Assembly: GCA_018069465.1 (NCBI GenBank)
Contig: JAGPUW010000016.1
Location: forward strand, 14,548 to 78,547
Source: Gammaproteobacteria bacterium
GTDB lineage: Bacteria > Pseudomonadota > Gammaproteobacteria > Pseudomonadales > Porticoccaceae
Direction of reading: 5' to 3'
DNA length: 64,000 nt
Shown: piece by piece, positions 21,883 through 31,823 of the stretch
Position numbering within the stretch: position 1 is the stretch's first letter
Layout of the letters: every line of letters starts with the position of its first letter
Program-made: the position numbers and the translations under genes
Notes under the pieces: model-generated
Seen by the model: only the letters and a program-made list of their open reading frames with translations
Database searches by the model: none
Told to the model about the DNA's origin: nothing

Positions 21883-22278
21883 ATGACAATGGCTGAAACT
21901 TATTACGGTACAGGTCGACGCAAAACGTCGGCGGCTCGAGTCTTTATCACTAGCGGTAGCGGCAGTGTGACGGTGAATGACCGCACGCTTGAGCAGTATT
22001 TTGGTCGCGAAGTGGCACGTATGATTGTACGTCAGCCACTGGAGCTGGTCGAAGCGGTCGGTAAATTCGATATGAAAATCACCGTTAGCGGTGGTGGTAG
22101 CTTTGGTCAGGCCGGTGCGATTCGCCACGGTTTGTCGCGTGCGCTACTGGCTTACGACGAAACGTTGCGAGCGCCACTGCGCAAGGCCGGGTTTTTGACC
22201 CGCGATGCCAGAGCGGTAGAGCGTAAGAAAGTGGGCCTGCACAAAGCGCGCAAGCGTCCACAGTTCTCGAAACGTTAA
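21883..22278 (+). CDS. rpsI: 30S ribosomal protein S9
   Basis: 131 aa, [15 protein letters not shown] ... C-terminal [14 protein letters not shown]. Confidence 0.97.
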   Translation: MTMAETYYGTGRRKTSAARVFITSGSGSVTVNDRTLEQYFGREVARMIVRQPLELVEAVGKFDMKITVSGGGSFGQAGAIRHGLSRALLAYDETLRAPLRKAGFLTRDARAVERKKVGLHKARKRPQFSKR

Positions 22279-22294
22279 TAACTGTACGTTTTGT

Positions 22295-22329
22295 AAAAAA
22301 GAGCCCAACTTTATGTTGGGTTTTTTTTG
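22295..22329 (+). terminator. Rho-independent terminator after rpsI
   Basis: aaaaaagaGCCCAACtttatGTTGGGtttttttt, 17 nt after the rpsI stop. Confidence 0.8.
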
Positions 22330-22493
22330 TTCTAAAACATGGGTTTAGCTGATTTCCTCGCGCTCTCAGCTTGTAAAACCCCATGCTATTCATTACTATT
22401 ACTCGCCATTTTTACCTGTGCGCAAGCACGGGGTTTATCAACTGCAATTAATGTAGCCAATCTTTTTTATTCTGCCTTTTAAGGGGAGCTCAT

Positions 22494-23090
22494 ATGAGCA
22501 ATGAGGGTGTCAATCAGGGGCGTCGCCGCTTTTTGACTGCAACTACCTGCGCCGTTGGTGCGGTGGGTGTGGCGGGAGCAGTGGTACCGTTTGTCGGTTC
22601 CTGGTTTCCAAGTGCGAAAGCAAAAGCGGCCGGAGCGCCGGTACGAATCAATATTAGTCGAATAGAGCCAGGCCAAATGGTCGTTGAAGAATGGCGCGGA
22701 CAGCCGGTCTATATTGTTCGTCGCACTCAGGAAGCTCTCGATTCCCTGGCGAAATTGACTGATAAATTGCGCGACCCCGAATCTCTAAAATCAGATCAGC
22801 CCACTTATGTCGACCCCGTGAACCGGGCCTCGAATTCCGAATACCTGATTATGGTGGGTCTGTGTACTCACCTCGGTTGCGCACCCATGTATCGCCCCGA
22901 TGTCGGCGCTGCTGATCTTGGCGGTGACGAGTGGCGGGGTGGTTTCTTCTGCCCCTGTCACGGTTCCAAGTTTGATCTTGCGGGACGTGTTTATCAGGGC
23001 GTGCCTGCACCCCTCAACCTTAAAGTACCGCCCCACAGCTATGAAAGTGAGTACGTGGTAGTGATCGGTGTTGACGAGGAGAGCGCATAA
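22494..23090 (+). CDS. petA: Ubiquinol-cytochrome c reductase Rieske iron-sulfur subunit
   Basis: 198 aa with a Tat-like N-terminus RRRFL and Rieske boxes CTHLGC and CPCHGS. Its stop overlaps the next ATG (TAATG). Confidence 0.9.
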   Translation: MSNEGVNQGRRRFLTATTCAVGAVGVAGAVVPFVGSWFPSAKAKAAGAPVRINISRIEPGQMVVEEWRGQPVYIVRRTQEALDSLAKLTDKLRDPESLKSDQPTYVDPVNRASNSEYLIMVGLCTHLGCAPMYRPDVGAADLGGDEWRGGFFCPCHGSKFDLAGRVYQGVPAPLNLKVPPHSYESEYVVVIGVDEESA

Positions 23091-25123
23091 TGAAATTGAT
23101 CTTGTTTTTGTGGAACTGGTTTGACGAACGTCTGCCGGTGCAGCGTGCCTGGGACACCCATATGGGTAAGTACTACGCACCAAAAAACTTTAACTTCTGG
23201 TATTTCTTTGGCGTGTTGTCGCTGCTGGTGCTGGTTAACCAGTTGCTCACCGGTATTTGGCTGACAATGAGCTTTGAACCCTCATCCGATGGCGCTTTTG
23301 CCTCGGTTGAATACATTATGCGCGATGTCGACTTCGGCTGGATTCTGCGCTATATGCACTCCACCGGTGCCTCGGCATTTTTCATTGTTATCTATCTGCA
23401 TATGTTCCGCGGCTTGCTCTATGGCTCCTATAAAGCGCCCCGTGAGCTGGTGTGGCTGTTTGGCATGGCGATTTATCTGGCGCTGATGGCCGAGGCTTTC
23501 CTGGGCTATGTATTGCCCTGGGGTCAAATGTCTTACTGGGGTGCGCAGGTTATTATTTCCCTGTTTGGCGCCATTCCCTATATTGGTGAAGCCATTGTGG
23601 AATGGGTTCGCGGTGACTATCTGATTTCCGGTATCACGCTGAATCGCTTCTTTGCCCTGCATGTGGTTGCTGTGCCTATTGTTCTGTTGGGTCTGGTGGT
23701 CTTGCACTTGTTGGCTCTCCATGAAGTGGGTTCTAACAACCCCGACGGCATCGAAATCAAGAAAAACAAAGATGAGAACGGCATACCGCTGGATGGTATT
23801 CCCTTCCACCCCTACTACACCGTGCACGATCTGGTGCCGATAGTGGTGTTTCTCTTTATCTTCTGTTTCATTCTGTTCTTTATGCCAGAGATGGGCGGCT
23901 ACTTTATTGAGCACGCTAACTTTGAAATTGCCAACCCGCTGAAAACGCCTGAGCATATTGCCCCGGTCTGGTATTTCACGCCTTACTATTCAATGCTGCG
24001 TGCCGTGCCCGATAAGTTTATGGGCTTCCTGGTGATGGCGGCAGCAGTGGCGATTCTCTTCGTGCTGCCCTGGCTCGATCGCAGCCCGGTGAAGTCGATT
24101 CGCTACAAGGGCAATGCCAGTCGCGTCGCAGTTGTGATGTTCGCAGTGGTCTTCATCATTCTCGGTATATTGGGTATGAAGGCGCCAACACCCGCTCGCA
24201 CCGCTCTGGCGCAGGTCTGTACGGCTATTTACTTCCTCTACTTCCTGGCGATGCCAATTTGGACCAAGCTGGAAAAGACCAAACCGGAGCCTGTCAGAGT
24301 AACGATGGATGGCGGTATGGGCACCTGGCGAGCACTGGGTGTGTTGTTCATCATCATTGGTCTGGTGATTATCCCGCTCAAGGCCGTGGGTTCTACCTCT
24401 TCTTTTGATTGCGGCACTATCCACTGTGATCAGTTTGAGGCCGAGCCGGAGAATAAGGCGTCTCTGCAAAATGGCGCCCAGCTCTTTGTTAACTACTGCA
24501 TGGGCTGCCACTCCGCTAAATACCAGCGTTGGGTGCGTACTGCAGATGATCTGGGCATTCCCCACGGCATGATGATGGATAACCTGGTGTTCTCCGGTCA
24601 GAAAATTGGTGGCTTGATGGGCATCTCCATGGCCGAGCGTTCAGCCAAGGCCTGGTTTGGTGCTGTGCCACCCGATTTGACACTGGCCACACGAGCCCGT
24701 TCGGCGGAGTGGATTTACACCTATCTGCGTAATTTTTATGCCGATAGCAGCCGCCCGGTCGGTATTAACAATAAGGTTTTCAAAGATGTGGGCATGCCCC
24801 ACGCTTTGATGGATCTTCAGGGTTTACAGGGCTGTGCCCCGGGCCCGGTGCTGGCTCACAATGGTGGCATCAAGGTTGATCCGCTAACCAGTGAGCCTCT
24901 GCTCGACGATCCCTGTGGTTCTTACGAGTTGCTCGGCAAAGGTGAGTTGTCGCCAGAAGAGTTTGATGGTGTGGTTTACGACCTGGTTAACTTTATGGCT
25001 TACATGGCCAATCCAGTAGAGGCAGAGAGCCGACGTATTGGTGTCAATGTACTTTTATTCCTCGCCTTTTTATTAATCTGGGTGTGGTTGTTAAACCGTG
25101 AATACTGGAAAGATATACATTAA
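23090..25123 (+). CDS. Fused cytochrome b (aa 1-405) and cytochrome c1 (aa 406-677) of the bc1 complex, as one ORF
   Basis: One uninterrupted 677-aa frame. The N-terminal part has cytochrome b helices with the heme-ligand His context (ILRYMHSTGASAFF, FFALHVVAVP, LHLLALHEVGSNNP, IAPVWYFTPYY). From M406 (nt 24305) there is a c1-like signal/anchor, MDGGMGTWRALGVLFIIIGLVIIPL, the heme c motif CMGCH (nt 24497-24511), PPDLT, and a C-terminal anchor VNVLLFLAFLLIWVWLL. Confidence 0.85.
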   Translation: MKLILFLWNWFDERLPVQRAWDTHMGKYYAPKNFNFWYFFGVLSLLVLVNQLLTGIWLTMSFEPSSDGAFASVEYIMRDVDFGWILRYMHSTGASAFFIVIYLHMFRGLLYGSYKAPRELVWLFGMAIYLALMAEAFLGYVLPWGQMSYWGAQVIISLFGAIPYIGEAIVEWVRGDYLISGITLNRFFALHVVAVPIVLLGLVVLHLLALHEVGSNNPDGIEIKKNKDENGIPLDGIPFHPYYTVHDLVPIVVFLFIFCFILFFMPEMGGYFIEHANFEIANPLKTPEHIAPVWYFTPYYSMLRAVPDKFMGFLVMAAAVAILFVLPWLDRSPVKSIRYKGNASRVAVVMFAVVFIILGILGMKAPTPARTALAQVCTAIYFLYFLAMPIWTKLEKTKPEPVRVTMDGGMGTWRALGVLFIIIGLVIIPLKAVGSTSSFDCGTIHCDQFEAEPENKASLQNGAQLFVNYCMGCHSAKYQRWVRTADDLGIPHGMMMDNLVFSGQKIGGLMGISMAERSAKAWFGAVPPDLTLATRARSAEWIYTYLRNFYADSSRPVGINNKVFKDVGMPHALMDLQGLQGCAPGPVLAHNGGIKVDPLTSEPLLDDPCGSYELLGKGELSPEEFDGVVYDLVNFMAYMANPVEAESRRIGVNVLLFLAFLLIWVWLLNREYWKDIH

Positions 25124-25172
25124 TAACTTTGCTGTTTAAGCAGGGTTTTTCCTATCCTATGAGGTGGTTTTA

Positions 25173-25805
25173 ATGGGCGTTGTTTCGAAGCGAACATCGA
25201 TGACATTTTTTTCTGATCCGGCAAGTCATTATTGCCACAGAATAAGAATTGTCCTCGCAGAAAAAGGCGTGACTGTCGATATAGAAGAAGTCGATCCCAA
25301 TGCTATTCCAGAGGAGTTAGCCGAGCTCAACCCCTATGGTTCCGTGCCCACCTTGGTCGATAGGGACTTATCCCTGTACGAATCCAAAGTGATGATGGAA
25401 TACCTCGATGAGCGCTTTCCCCATCCACCTTTGCTGCCGGTCTACCCGGTGGCTCGGGCGCTGAGTCGCCAGTACATGCACCGTATTGAGAAAGACTGGT
25501 GTGAAAAGGTGGATCTCATTCTTGCCAGCAAGGATGCGAAAATAGTGGATACTGCCCGCAAAGAGCTACGCGACAGCTTGTTGGGTATTGCGCCAATTTT
25601 TGCCGATAAACCCTATTTCATGTACGAAGACTTCACGTTGGTGGACTGCTGTCTGGCACCTCTTTTGTGGCGCCTGGAGAGCTTGGGCATCGATATGCCC
25701 AATACCCGTCAGGCTAAACCCCTGCAGGAATATATGCGACGCTTGTTTGAGCGCCCAGCCTTCCTGTCTAGCTTGACTGAGCCCGAGCGGGATATGAATG
25801 CCTGA
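25173..25805 (+). CDS. sspA: Stringent starvation protein A (GST-like)
   Basis: [33 protein letters not shown]...[38 protein letters not shown] aligns closely with E. coli SspA as I remember it. ATG 25173 is preferred over the upstream GTG 25164. Confidence 0.9.
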   Translation: MGVVSKRTSMTFFSDPASHYCHRIRIVLAEKGVTVDIEEVDPNAIPEELAELNPYGSVPTLVDRDLSLYESKVMMEYLDERFPHPPLLPVYPVARALSRQYMHRIEKDWCEKVDLILASKDAKIVDTARKELRDSLLGIAPIFADKPYFMYEDFTLVDCCLAPLLWRLESLGIDMPNTRQAKPLQEYMRRLFERPAFLSSLTEPERDMNA

Positions 25806-25850
25806 CGGCCCAGGTAGTATTTATAAAGCCCGGGTCTATAGGTAGCGGTA

Positions 25851-26318
25851 ATGGCGATGACTTCCAACAAGCCCTATTTAGTTAGGGCTTTTTTTGACTG
25901 GATCGTAGATAACGACTGTACTCCCCACGTGGTCGTCAATGCACTGGCGCCGGGTGTAGAGGTGCCTCAGTTTCATGTCAACGACGGGCAGATTGTGCTC
26001 AATATTGCGCCCCGGGCAGTGAGTGCTTTCAATCTGGACAATGACGGGCTTTGGTTTACCACCCGTTTTGGTGGCGTACCCACCGATATTTTTGCGCCTA
26101 TGCATGCCATTATGGGTATTTATGCTCGAGAAAATGGCGAGGGCATGGGCTTTGAATCCTTGCCGCCAGAGGCTGGCGAGCTGAGCCCTGTCGATGATGA
26201 CGGTGATGATCCTAACGACAAGCCACCAAGGGGCTCAGGCCCCGGCGGGTCCAAACGGCCGACGTCAGGTCCTTCCGGGGTAAAACCATCAGGCCCCAAA
26301 CTTAGAGTTGTTAAGTAA
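25851..26318 (+). CDS. sspB: Stringent starvation protein B (ClpXP adaptor)
   Basis: 155 aa with SspB N-domain KPYLVRAFFDWIVDNDCTPHVVV, a disordered Gly/Pro-rich linker and a C-terminal LRVVK ClpX-binding tail. Confidence 0.85.
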   Translation: MAMTSNKPYLVRAFFDWIVDNDCTPHVVVNALAPGVEVPQFHVNDGQIVLNIAPRAVSAFNLDNDGLWFTTRFGGVPTDIFAPMHAIMGIYARENGEGMGFESLPPEAGELSPVDDDGDDPNDKPPRGSGPGGSKRPTSGPSGVKPSGPKLRVVK

Positions 26319-26373
26319 TTCGGGCCAAATCTAGCCCGCCAAAACAGACTAACCCGATAGAGAGGAGTTGATA

Positions 26374-27552
26374 ATGAATGATCCAATCGTGATTTGCGGA
26401 TATGCGCGTACGCCAATGGGCGGCATGATGGGTGAGTTGGCCGATGTGCCCTCGCCCCAACTGGGTGCCACTGCTATTGCTGCGGCAATGGAGCGTGCCG
26501 GTGTCAATAATGATGATGTCGACGAAGCCCTAATGGGCTGTGTGCTACCCGCCGGTGTGGGTCAATCTCCCGCACGCCAGGCAGCGCTGGGCGCAGGTCT
26601 GCCCGTGGGCACGGGTACCACCACCGTCAATAAGATGTGTGGCTCCGGCATGAAAACAGTGATGATGGCTTGTGACACGCTGCTTGCGGGTCAGGCTGAT
26701 GTGGTCGTCGCCGGTGGTATGGAAAATATGAGTAGCGCGCCCTATATCATGAAAAAAGCACGTGGCGGCTATCGCCTCGGCCACGGCGAATTACTCGATC
26801 ACATGTATACCGATGGTTTGCAAGATGCCTACACAGGTGGCTTGATGGGTGTTTTTGCTGAGAGTTGTGCCAGTAAATATACCTTCACTCGCGAAGACCA
26901 GGATGCCTATGCTATTGAGTCCTTGCGTCGCGCCAATGCGGCTATCGACGAGGGTAAGTTCACTGGCGAAATTGCTCCGGTTACTGTCAAGACCCGCAAG
27001 GGCGAGACAGTTATCGATACGGATGAGCAGCCCGGTAATGCCCGCCCCGATAAAATTCCGAAGCTGAAACCGGCGTTTAAGAAAGACGGCTCGGTGACGG
27101 CAGCTAACGCCAGCTCAATTTCTGACGGAGCAGCGGCTCTGGTATTGATGCGTCAGAGTGAAGCGCAAAAGCGTGGCTTAAAGCCGGTAGCGGCAATTCG
27201 TGGCTATAGTCAGTTTGCCCAGGAGCCCGAGTGGTTTACCACTGCCCCCGTTGGCGCTATGAACATTCTCTTCGAGCGCACTGGCTGGTCTGCTGCGGAT
27301 GTCGATCTGTATGAAGTGAACGAAGCCTTTGCTGTTGTCGCTATGGCGGCGATGAAAGAGCTGGATATTCCCCATGACAAAGTCAATGTTCATGGTGGTG
27401 CCTGTGCTCTGGGTCATCCGCTGGGTGCCAGTGGTGCGCGTATTATCGTCACCCTGCTCTCTGCACTGCAGACCTACGGTAAAAGTAAGGGCGTCGCCAG
27501 CCTCTGTATTGGTGGTGGCGAGGCAACGGCGGTCGCGGTCGAATTGCTCTAA
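26374..27552 (+). CDS. Acetyl-CoA C-acetyltransferase (thiolase II)
   Basis: Active-site Cys context VNKMCGSGMK, C-terminal NVHGGACALGHPLGASGARI and CIGGGEA. ATG 26374 lies 6 nt after the GAGGAG RBS. The track start at 26368 is a TTG. Confidence 0.9.
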   Translation: MNDPIVICGYARTPMGGMMGELADVPSPQLGATAIAAAMERAGVNNDDVDEALMGCVLPAGVGQSPARQAALGAGLPVGTGTTTVNKMCGSGMKTVMMACDTLLAGQADVVVAGGMENMSSAPYIMKKARGGYRLGHGELLDHMYTDGLQDAYTGGLMGVFAESCASKYTFTREDQDAYAIESLRRANAAIDEGKFTGEIAPVTVKTRKGETVIDTDEQPGNARPDKIPKLKPAFKKDGSVTAANASSISDGAAALVLMRQSEAQKRGLKPVAAIRGYSQFAQEPEWFTTAPVGAMNILFERTGWSAADVDLYEVNEAFAVVAMAAMKELDIPHDKVNVHGGACALGHPLGASGARIIVTLLSALQTYGKSKGVASLCIGGGEATAVAVELL

Positions 27553-27570
27553 TCGGCACGCTAACTGTTT

Positions 27571-27602
27571 AAAAAAGCCCCGTTAATGCGGGGCTTTTTT
27601 TT
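27571..27602 (+). terminator. Rho-independent terminator after the thiolase gene
   Basis: aaaaaaGCCCCGttaatGCGGGGCtttttttt. Confidence 0.85.
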
Positions 27603-27641
27603 GCACGCCTTTTGGCCTCCTGGGTCGAGCGAAAGCTGGCG

Positions 27642-28232
27642 CTAGTCGGGGGCGGCATTTTTGTTGAGCCCCGTCCAGCGTTGTACCAGATCGGGAGCAT
27701 CAATACCCAGTGAGTCGAGAGTGCGCCCGACTGTTTGATTGACGATATCTTCGATATTCGCTGGGTGTTGATAAAAGGAGGGTACAGGTGGCGCGATTAT
27801 GCCGCCCATCTCGGTGACTATGGTCATATTGCGCAAGTGCACGAGGTGGAGGGGTGTCTCTCTCGGCAAGAGCACCAGGGTTCGACGCTCTTTCAACGTG
27901 ACGCCCGCTGCGCGGGATATCAGGTTGTTGTCCAGTCCGTGGGCAATGGAGCCGAGGGTGTTCATCGAGCAGGGGGCTACAACCATGGAGTGGATGGGAA
28001 AGGAGCCGCTGGAAATACTGGCGCCAAAATCTTTATGTCGATGGCAAACGTCTGCGAGCACGGAGATGGCTTTCTTATCGAAGCCCGTTTCATGTTCGGC
28101 GGTGATAATACCGGCAGGCGATAAAATCAGGTGAGTTTCCACTTCGGGCAGCTCGGCCAGTACCTGCAGTAGTCGAATGCCATAGATGCAACCGGTGGCG
28201 CCAGTAATAGCAATAATAACGCGTTTGAGCAT
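27642..28232 (-). CDS. ubiX: Flavin prenyltransferase UbiX
   Basis: 196 aa, RVIIAITGATGCIYGIRLLQ..., with VVAPCSMNTLGSIAHG and LVLLPRETPL. Confidence 0.9.
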   Translation of the reverse strand: MLKRVIIAITGATGCIYGIRLLQVLAELPEVETHLILSPAGIITAEHETGFDKKAISVLADVCHRHKDFGASISSGSFPIHSMVVAPCSMNTLGSIAHGLDNNLISRAAGVTLKERRTLVLLPRETPLHLVHLRNMTIVTEMGGIIAPPVPSFYQHPANIEDIVNQTVGRTLDSLGIDAPDLVQRWTGLNKNAAPD

Positions 28233-28382
28233 GGGGCTTCCTTTTGCGATTCTGTCTTAATGACATTGTAGCGGTATTGAGCTCTGCTGGCGTTTATTCA
28301 TCGGCCTCGCTGGCGGAGGCGCTGGGGTGGGCTAAATTCTTGAGTGCTCTGTGTAAAAAGCTATAAGTAAAAATGAGGCAAT

Positions 28383-28414
28383 AAAAAAGGGCAAAACCTT
28401 TCAGTTTTGCCCTT
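28383..28414 (-). terminator. Rho-independent terminator downstream of cspA (minus strand)
   Basis: The minus strand reads caaaGGGCAAAACtgaaagGTTTTGCCCtttttt. Confidence 0.75.
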
Positions 28415-28486
28415 TGTCTGTTTTGTGCTTCTTAGCGTTTAGTAAGAGCGCAAAGCAGATAGCGTTCCTCTACCTGGAAGGTAGAA

Positions 28487-28699
28487 TTAGATCGCTACAA
28501 TGTTCTCAGCTTGAGGACCTTTTTGGCCTTGAGTTACAGTGAACTCAACTTTTTGGCCTTCGATCAATGTTTTGAAGCCAGAACCCTGGATCGCGCTGAA
28601 GTGTGCAAAAACGTCTGGGCCAGACTCTTGCTCGATAAAACCAAAACCTTTAGCTTCGTTGAACCACTTAACAGTACCGGTAGTAGTAGACATAGTCAT
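28487..28699 (-). CDS. Cold-shock protein, CspA family
   Basis: 70 aa with RNP1/RNP2 motifs [15 protein letters not shown] and DVFAHFSAI. Confidence 0.9.
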   Translation of the reverse strand: MTMSTTTGTVKWFNEAKGFGFIEQESGPDVFAHFSAIQGSGFKTLIEGQKVEFTVTQGQKGPQAENIVAI

Positions 28700-28921
28700 T
28701 TCCTAATCATTCGAGAGTAATTAAAGCCTTTGAAAAAGGCAGTTTTGCTGGAAGTGTTGCTATTACTTATGAAAAACAGGACGAGTGTACTACTGAGGAA
28801 CATCGAAATGGTGTGCATAAATATAGGACGTACTTTCAAGCTGTGGGAATTATATACAGCTTGAAAGGTGAGTCAATGGCTAAACCCCGATAAAAATAGC
28901 TTATTTGCATGTTTACCACCC

Positions 28922-29452
28922 CTAGCTGCTGGAAGAGGCTCGCTGTGAGCGATGAAAGAGCAGTCGTGTCGTGCGTGCTAGCAGCAAGCAGCTAAGCTCA
29001 ATGAGCAGCGATAAAATAAAGCCGCAGCTAAGCCCGCTAATAATCGCCGATTGATTGAGTACGATGCTGTAGGTGTAGTTATTCCAAACTTCATTTTTAA
29101 TAGCAATGATGGGTTTTAGAAATACGTGGGTGTAAGCGCTATAGGTGTCTTTGCTGAATGCTGCCCAGGCCTGGGTCAGTTTCAGGTTTCTTTTGTAAAT
29201 GGCGGCGATACTAGCACCGCCGTCTTGAATGACCGGGTCGGGATTATTCTGGTAGTGGGTGATTAGCTTGTCGAGGCTGCCATCAAAATAGCGCTGGGCG
29301 TCCTCCTGGAATTCGCCAAGGCTCAGCGTCGATTCTACCAGGTGTGCCTCCAGACTTTTGCCGTATTGATCTATAAAGCCGGGCACTTGAACGCCGATAA
29401 GCACGCCGCTGGTAAACAGTATCAAGCGTAGATAATCGAGAATTTTACGCAT
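28922..29452 (-). CDS. Hypothetical membrane-associated protein (DUF2937-like)
   Basis: Start taken at ATG 29452 (MRKILDYLRLILFTSGVLIGVQVPGFIDQY...). It has an N-terminal and a C-terminal hydrophobic helix. The family assignment rests on memory of the PGF.DQY motif only. Confidence 0.45.
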   Translation of the reverse strand: MRKILDYLRLILFTSGVLIGVQVPGFIDQYGKSLEAHLVESTLSLGEFQEDAQRYFDGSLDKLITHYQNNPDPVIQDGGASIAAIYKRNLKLTQAWAAFSKDTYSAYTHVFLKPIIAIKNEVWNNYTYSIVLNQSAIISGLSCGFILSLLIELSCLLLARTTRLLFHRSQRASSSS

Positions 29453-29656
29453 ATTTCCCCGCGCTGCTTTGCGCCTGCTGGCCACCGCTAGTGTGCTGAG
29501 CATTTAATTTGTTGGGTGAGGTGTTGGGGATAATAGCGATCTGAGAAGAAATTTGGTACTGGCTTGATTTTGGGCGGGTGGTGGCTGCCCTGAATGGATT
29601 TGGTACTGAAGGTGTTAGTGCGAGCTTTAGCGGGGTCTTTACCGTCAAAAAAAGAG

Positions 29657-29733
29657 TGGTGGGCCCTCCCAGACTTGAACTGGGGACCTGCCGATTATGA
29701 GTCGGATGCTCTAACCAACTGAGCTAAGGGCCC
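29657..29733 (-). tRNA. tRNA with anticodon CAU, most similar to the lysidine-modified tRNA-Ile2 (ileX type)
   Basis: The minus strand reads GGGCCCTTAGCTCAGTTGGTTAGAGCATCCGACTCATAATCGGCAGGTCCCCAGTTCAAGTCTGGGAGGGCCCACCA. It folds as a cloverleaf with a 7-bp acceptor stem, D stem GCTC/GAGC, anticodon loop CTCATAA, T stem CCCAG/CTGGG and an encoded CCA. It resembles E. coli ileX, which also lies near rpoD. Confidence 0.85.
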
Positions 29734-29896
29734 TTCTTATGCGGTGTTTCCTTATAAAGTACGTCGTGCGGTGAATGACTGATCAGCCCTTGTGCCGCCC
29801 TCTCGAAGAATCGAGAGGGCGCATTATAAAAGGCTTTTCGGCTATCTGCCAGATAAGATCTATCAGGCTATCGAAAAGCGATCTGCGAGGAAGGCT

Positions 29897-31729
29897 CTAT
29901 TCGTCGAGAAAGCTGCGCATGTGATCGGAGCGGGTGGGGTGGCGCAGTTTGCGCAGTGCCTTGGCTTCGATTTGGCGAATGCGTTCGCGAGTGACGTCGA
30001 ATTGCTTGCCGACCTCTTCGAGGGTGTGGTCGGTGTTCATGTCGATGCCGAAACGCATGCGCAGTACTTTTGCTTCGCGGGCGGTGAGGCCGTTGAGCAC
30101 TTCGCGGGTGGCTTCGGTCAGGCTCTCTGCGGTGGCCGAGTGGATCGGCGAGTCGACATTGACGTCTTCAATAAAGTCACCGAGGTGGGAGTCTTCATCG
30201 TCGCCGATGGGTGTTTCGAGAGAAATGGGCTCTTTGGCAATTTTTAGCACTTTGCGAATTTTGTCTTCGGGCAGTTCCATGCGCTCGCCGAGTTCTTCCG
30301 GCGTTGGCTCGCGACCCATTTCCTGCAGCATTTGTCGCGACACGCGATTGAGCTTATTGATGGTTTCAATCATGTGCACCGGAATACGAATGGTGCGCGC
30401 CTGGTCGGCAATCGAGCGGGTAATGGCCTGGCGAATCCACCAGGTGGCATAGGTTGAAAACTTGTAACCGCGGCGGTATTCAAACTTGTCGACCGCTTTC
30501 ATCAGGCCGATATTGCCTTCCTGAATCAGGTCGAGGAATTGCAGGCCGCGGTTGGTGTATTTTTTGGCGATAGAAATAACCAGGCGTAGGTTGGCTTCGA
30601 CCATTTCTTTCTTGGCGCGTCGGGCTTTTGCCTCGCCGATGGACATGCGGCGGTTGATGTCTTTGATTTGCGTAATGCTTAAGCCCGAGGCTTTTTCAAC
30701 GTTTGCCAGCTTGCGTTGTACGCGAGTGATGTCGTCGAGTAAGTTTTTGATGGCCGGGGCATAGGCTTGTTTGCGGCGGGACATGTTGGCGGCCCACTTG
30801 TCATTGGTTTCGTTGCCGGGAAAGCACTCAACAAACTCTTTGCGGGGCATTTTGGCCTCGCGAATACACAGGGTCATAATGCTGCGTTCGTGCCTTCTGA
30901 CTTCGTGCAGGGCAATGCGAACACGTGTAACCAGGGGGTCGAACTGCTTGGGGATCAGTTTCAGGTATTTGAACAGGTCGCCCAGCTCAATAATATTTTT
31001 TTCGGTACTGTCGACGCCGCGTCCATAGCGAGCAATTGAGCGCTTGGTTTTGTCATTTTGCTTGTGGATGGCGCTAAAGCGATTGGCTGCTTCCTCGGGG
31101 CAGAGTCCACCTTCGTGCTGCTCTTCCTCTTCCTCCTCCTCTTTTTCCCCGGCCAGTATGGCGGCAGCATCTTTTTTGCTTTGCTCAAGGGCCGAGGGCA
31201 CGTGGTCTACGGGGTTGAGGTAGCCGGCAATAATTTCAACCAGGCGGCGCTCGCCTTTCTGTACGAGTTCGTACTGGGCGACAATATCGTCGACGGTTTC
31301 TGGCCACTCCGACATGGCGAACATAACGTCGCGGATGCCTTCTTCGATGCGCTTGGCGATCTCAATTTCGCCTTCGCGAGTGAGCAGCTCAACCGTGCCC
31401 ATTTCACGCATATACATGCGCACGGGGTCGGTGGTGCGGTGCTTCTCGGTTTCAACCGCGGCGAGGGCGGCAGCAGCTTCGGCGGCGGCAATTTCGTCCG
31501 CAGAGTTATTGCCCTCGTCGTTAATCAACAGGGTATCGGCGTCGGGGGCGGTTTCGAAAACATTGATGCCCATGTCGTTGATCATCTGAATGATGTCTTC
31601 AACCTGATCGGGGTCAGAAATATCTTCCGGGAGGTGGTCGTTAACCTCTGAGTAGGTTAAGTAGCCCTGTTCGCGGCCCTTGGCAATCAGTTCTTTGATG
31701 CGTGACTGTTGTTGGCTGACGTCGCTCAT
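29897..31729 (-). CDS. rpoD: RNA polymerase sigma-70 factor RpoD
   Basis: 610 aa with an acidic region 1 and non-conserved spacer, region 2.4 [14 protein letters not shown], and region 4.2 [30 protein letters not shown]. Confidence 0.97.
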   Translation of the reverse strand: MSDVSQQQSRIKELIAKGREQGYLTYSEVNDHLPEDISDPDQVEDIIQMINDMGINVFETAPDADTLLINDEGNNSADEIAAAEAAAALAAVETEKHRTTDPVRMYMREMGTVELLTREGEIEIAKRIEEGIRDVMFAMSEWPETVDDIVAQYELVQKGERRLVEIIAGYLNPVDHVPSALEQSKKDAAAILAGEKEEEEEEEQHEGGLCPEEAANRFSAIHKQNDKTKRSIARYGRGVDSTEKNIIELGDLFKYLKLIPKQFDPLVTRVRIALHEVRRHERSIMTLCIREAKMPRKEFVECFPGNETNDKWAANMSRRKQAYAPAIKNLLDDITRVQRKLANVEKASGLSITQIKDINRRMSIGEAKARRAKKEMVEANLRLVISIAKKYTNRGLQFLDLIQEGNIGLMKAVDKFEYRRGYKFSTYATWWIRQAITRSIADQARTIRIPVHMIETINKLNRVSRQMLQEMGREPTPEELGERMELPEDKIRKVLKIAKEPISLETPIGDDEDSHLGDFIEDVNVDSPIHSATAESLTEATREVLNGLTAREAKVLRMRFGIDMNTDHTLEEVGKQFDVTRERIRQIEAKALRKLRHPTRSDHMRSFLDE

Positions 31730-31823
31730 AGAGTATCCGTAGTTGGTGGGTGGCTGAAAACAAACGCGAAATTATAGCCTATAAGTGGGGTTTTGTCTTG
31801 TCATTACAAGGCCTGGTTGTTAG

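Noticed and set aside
25654-25668. A sigma-54-like TGGCAC-N5-TTGT motif
   Set aside because: It lies inside the sspA coding sequence, carries TTGT instead of TTGC, and has no downstream gene start. It is most likely a chance match.
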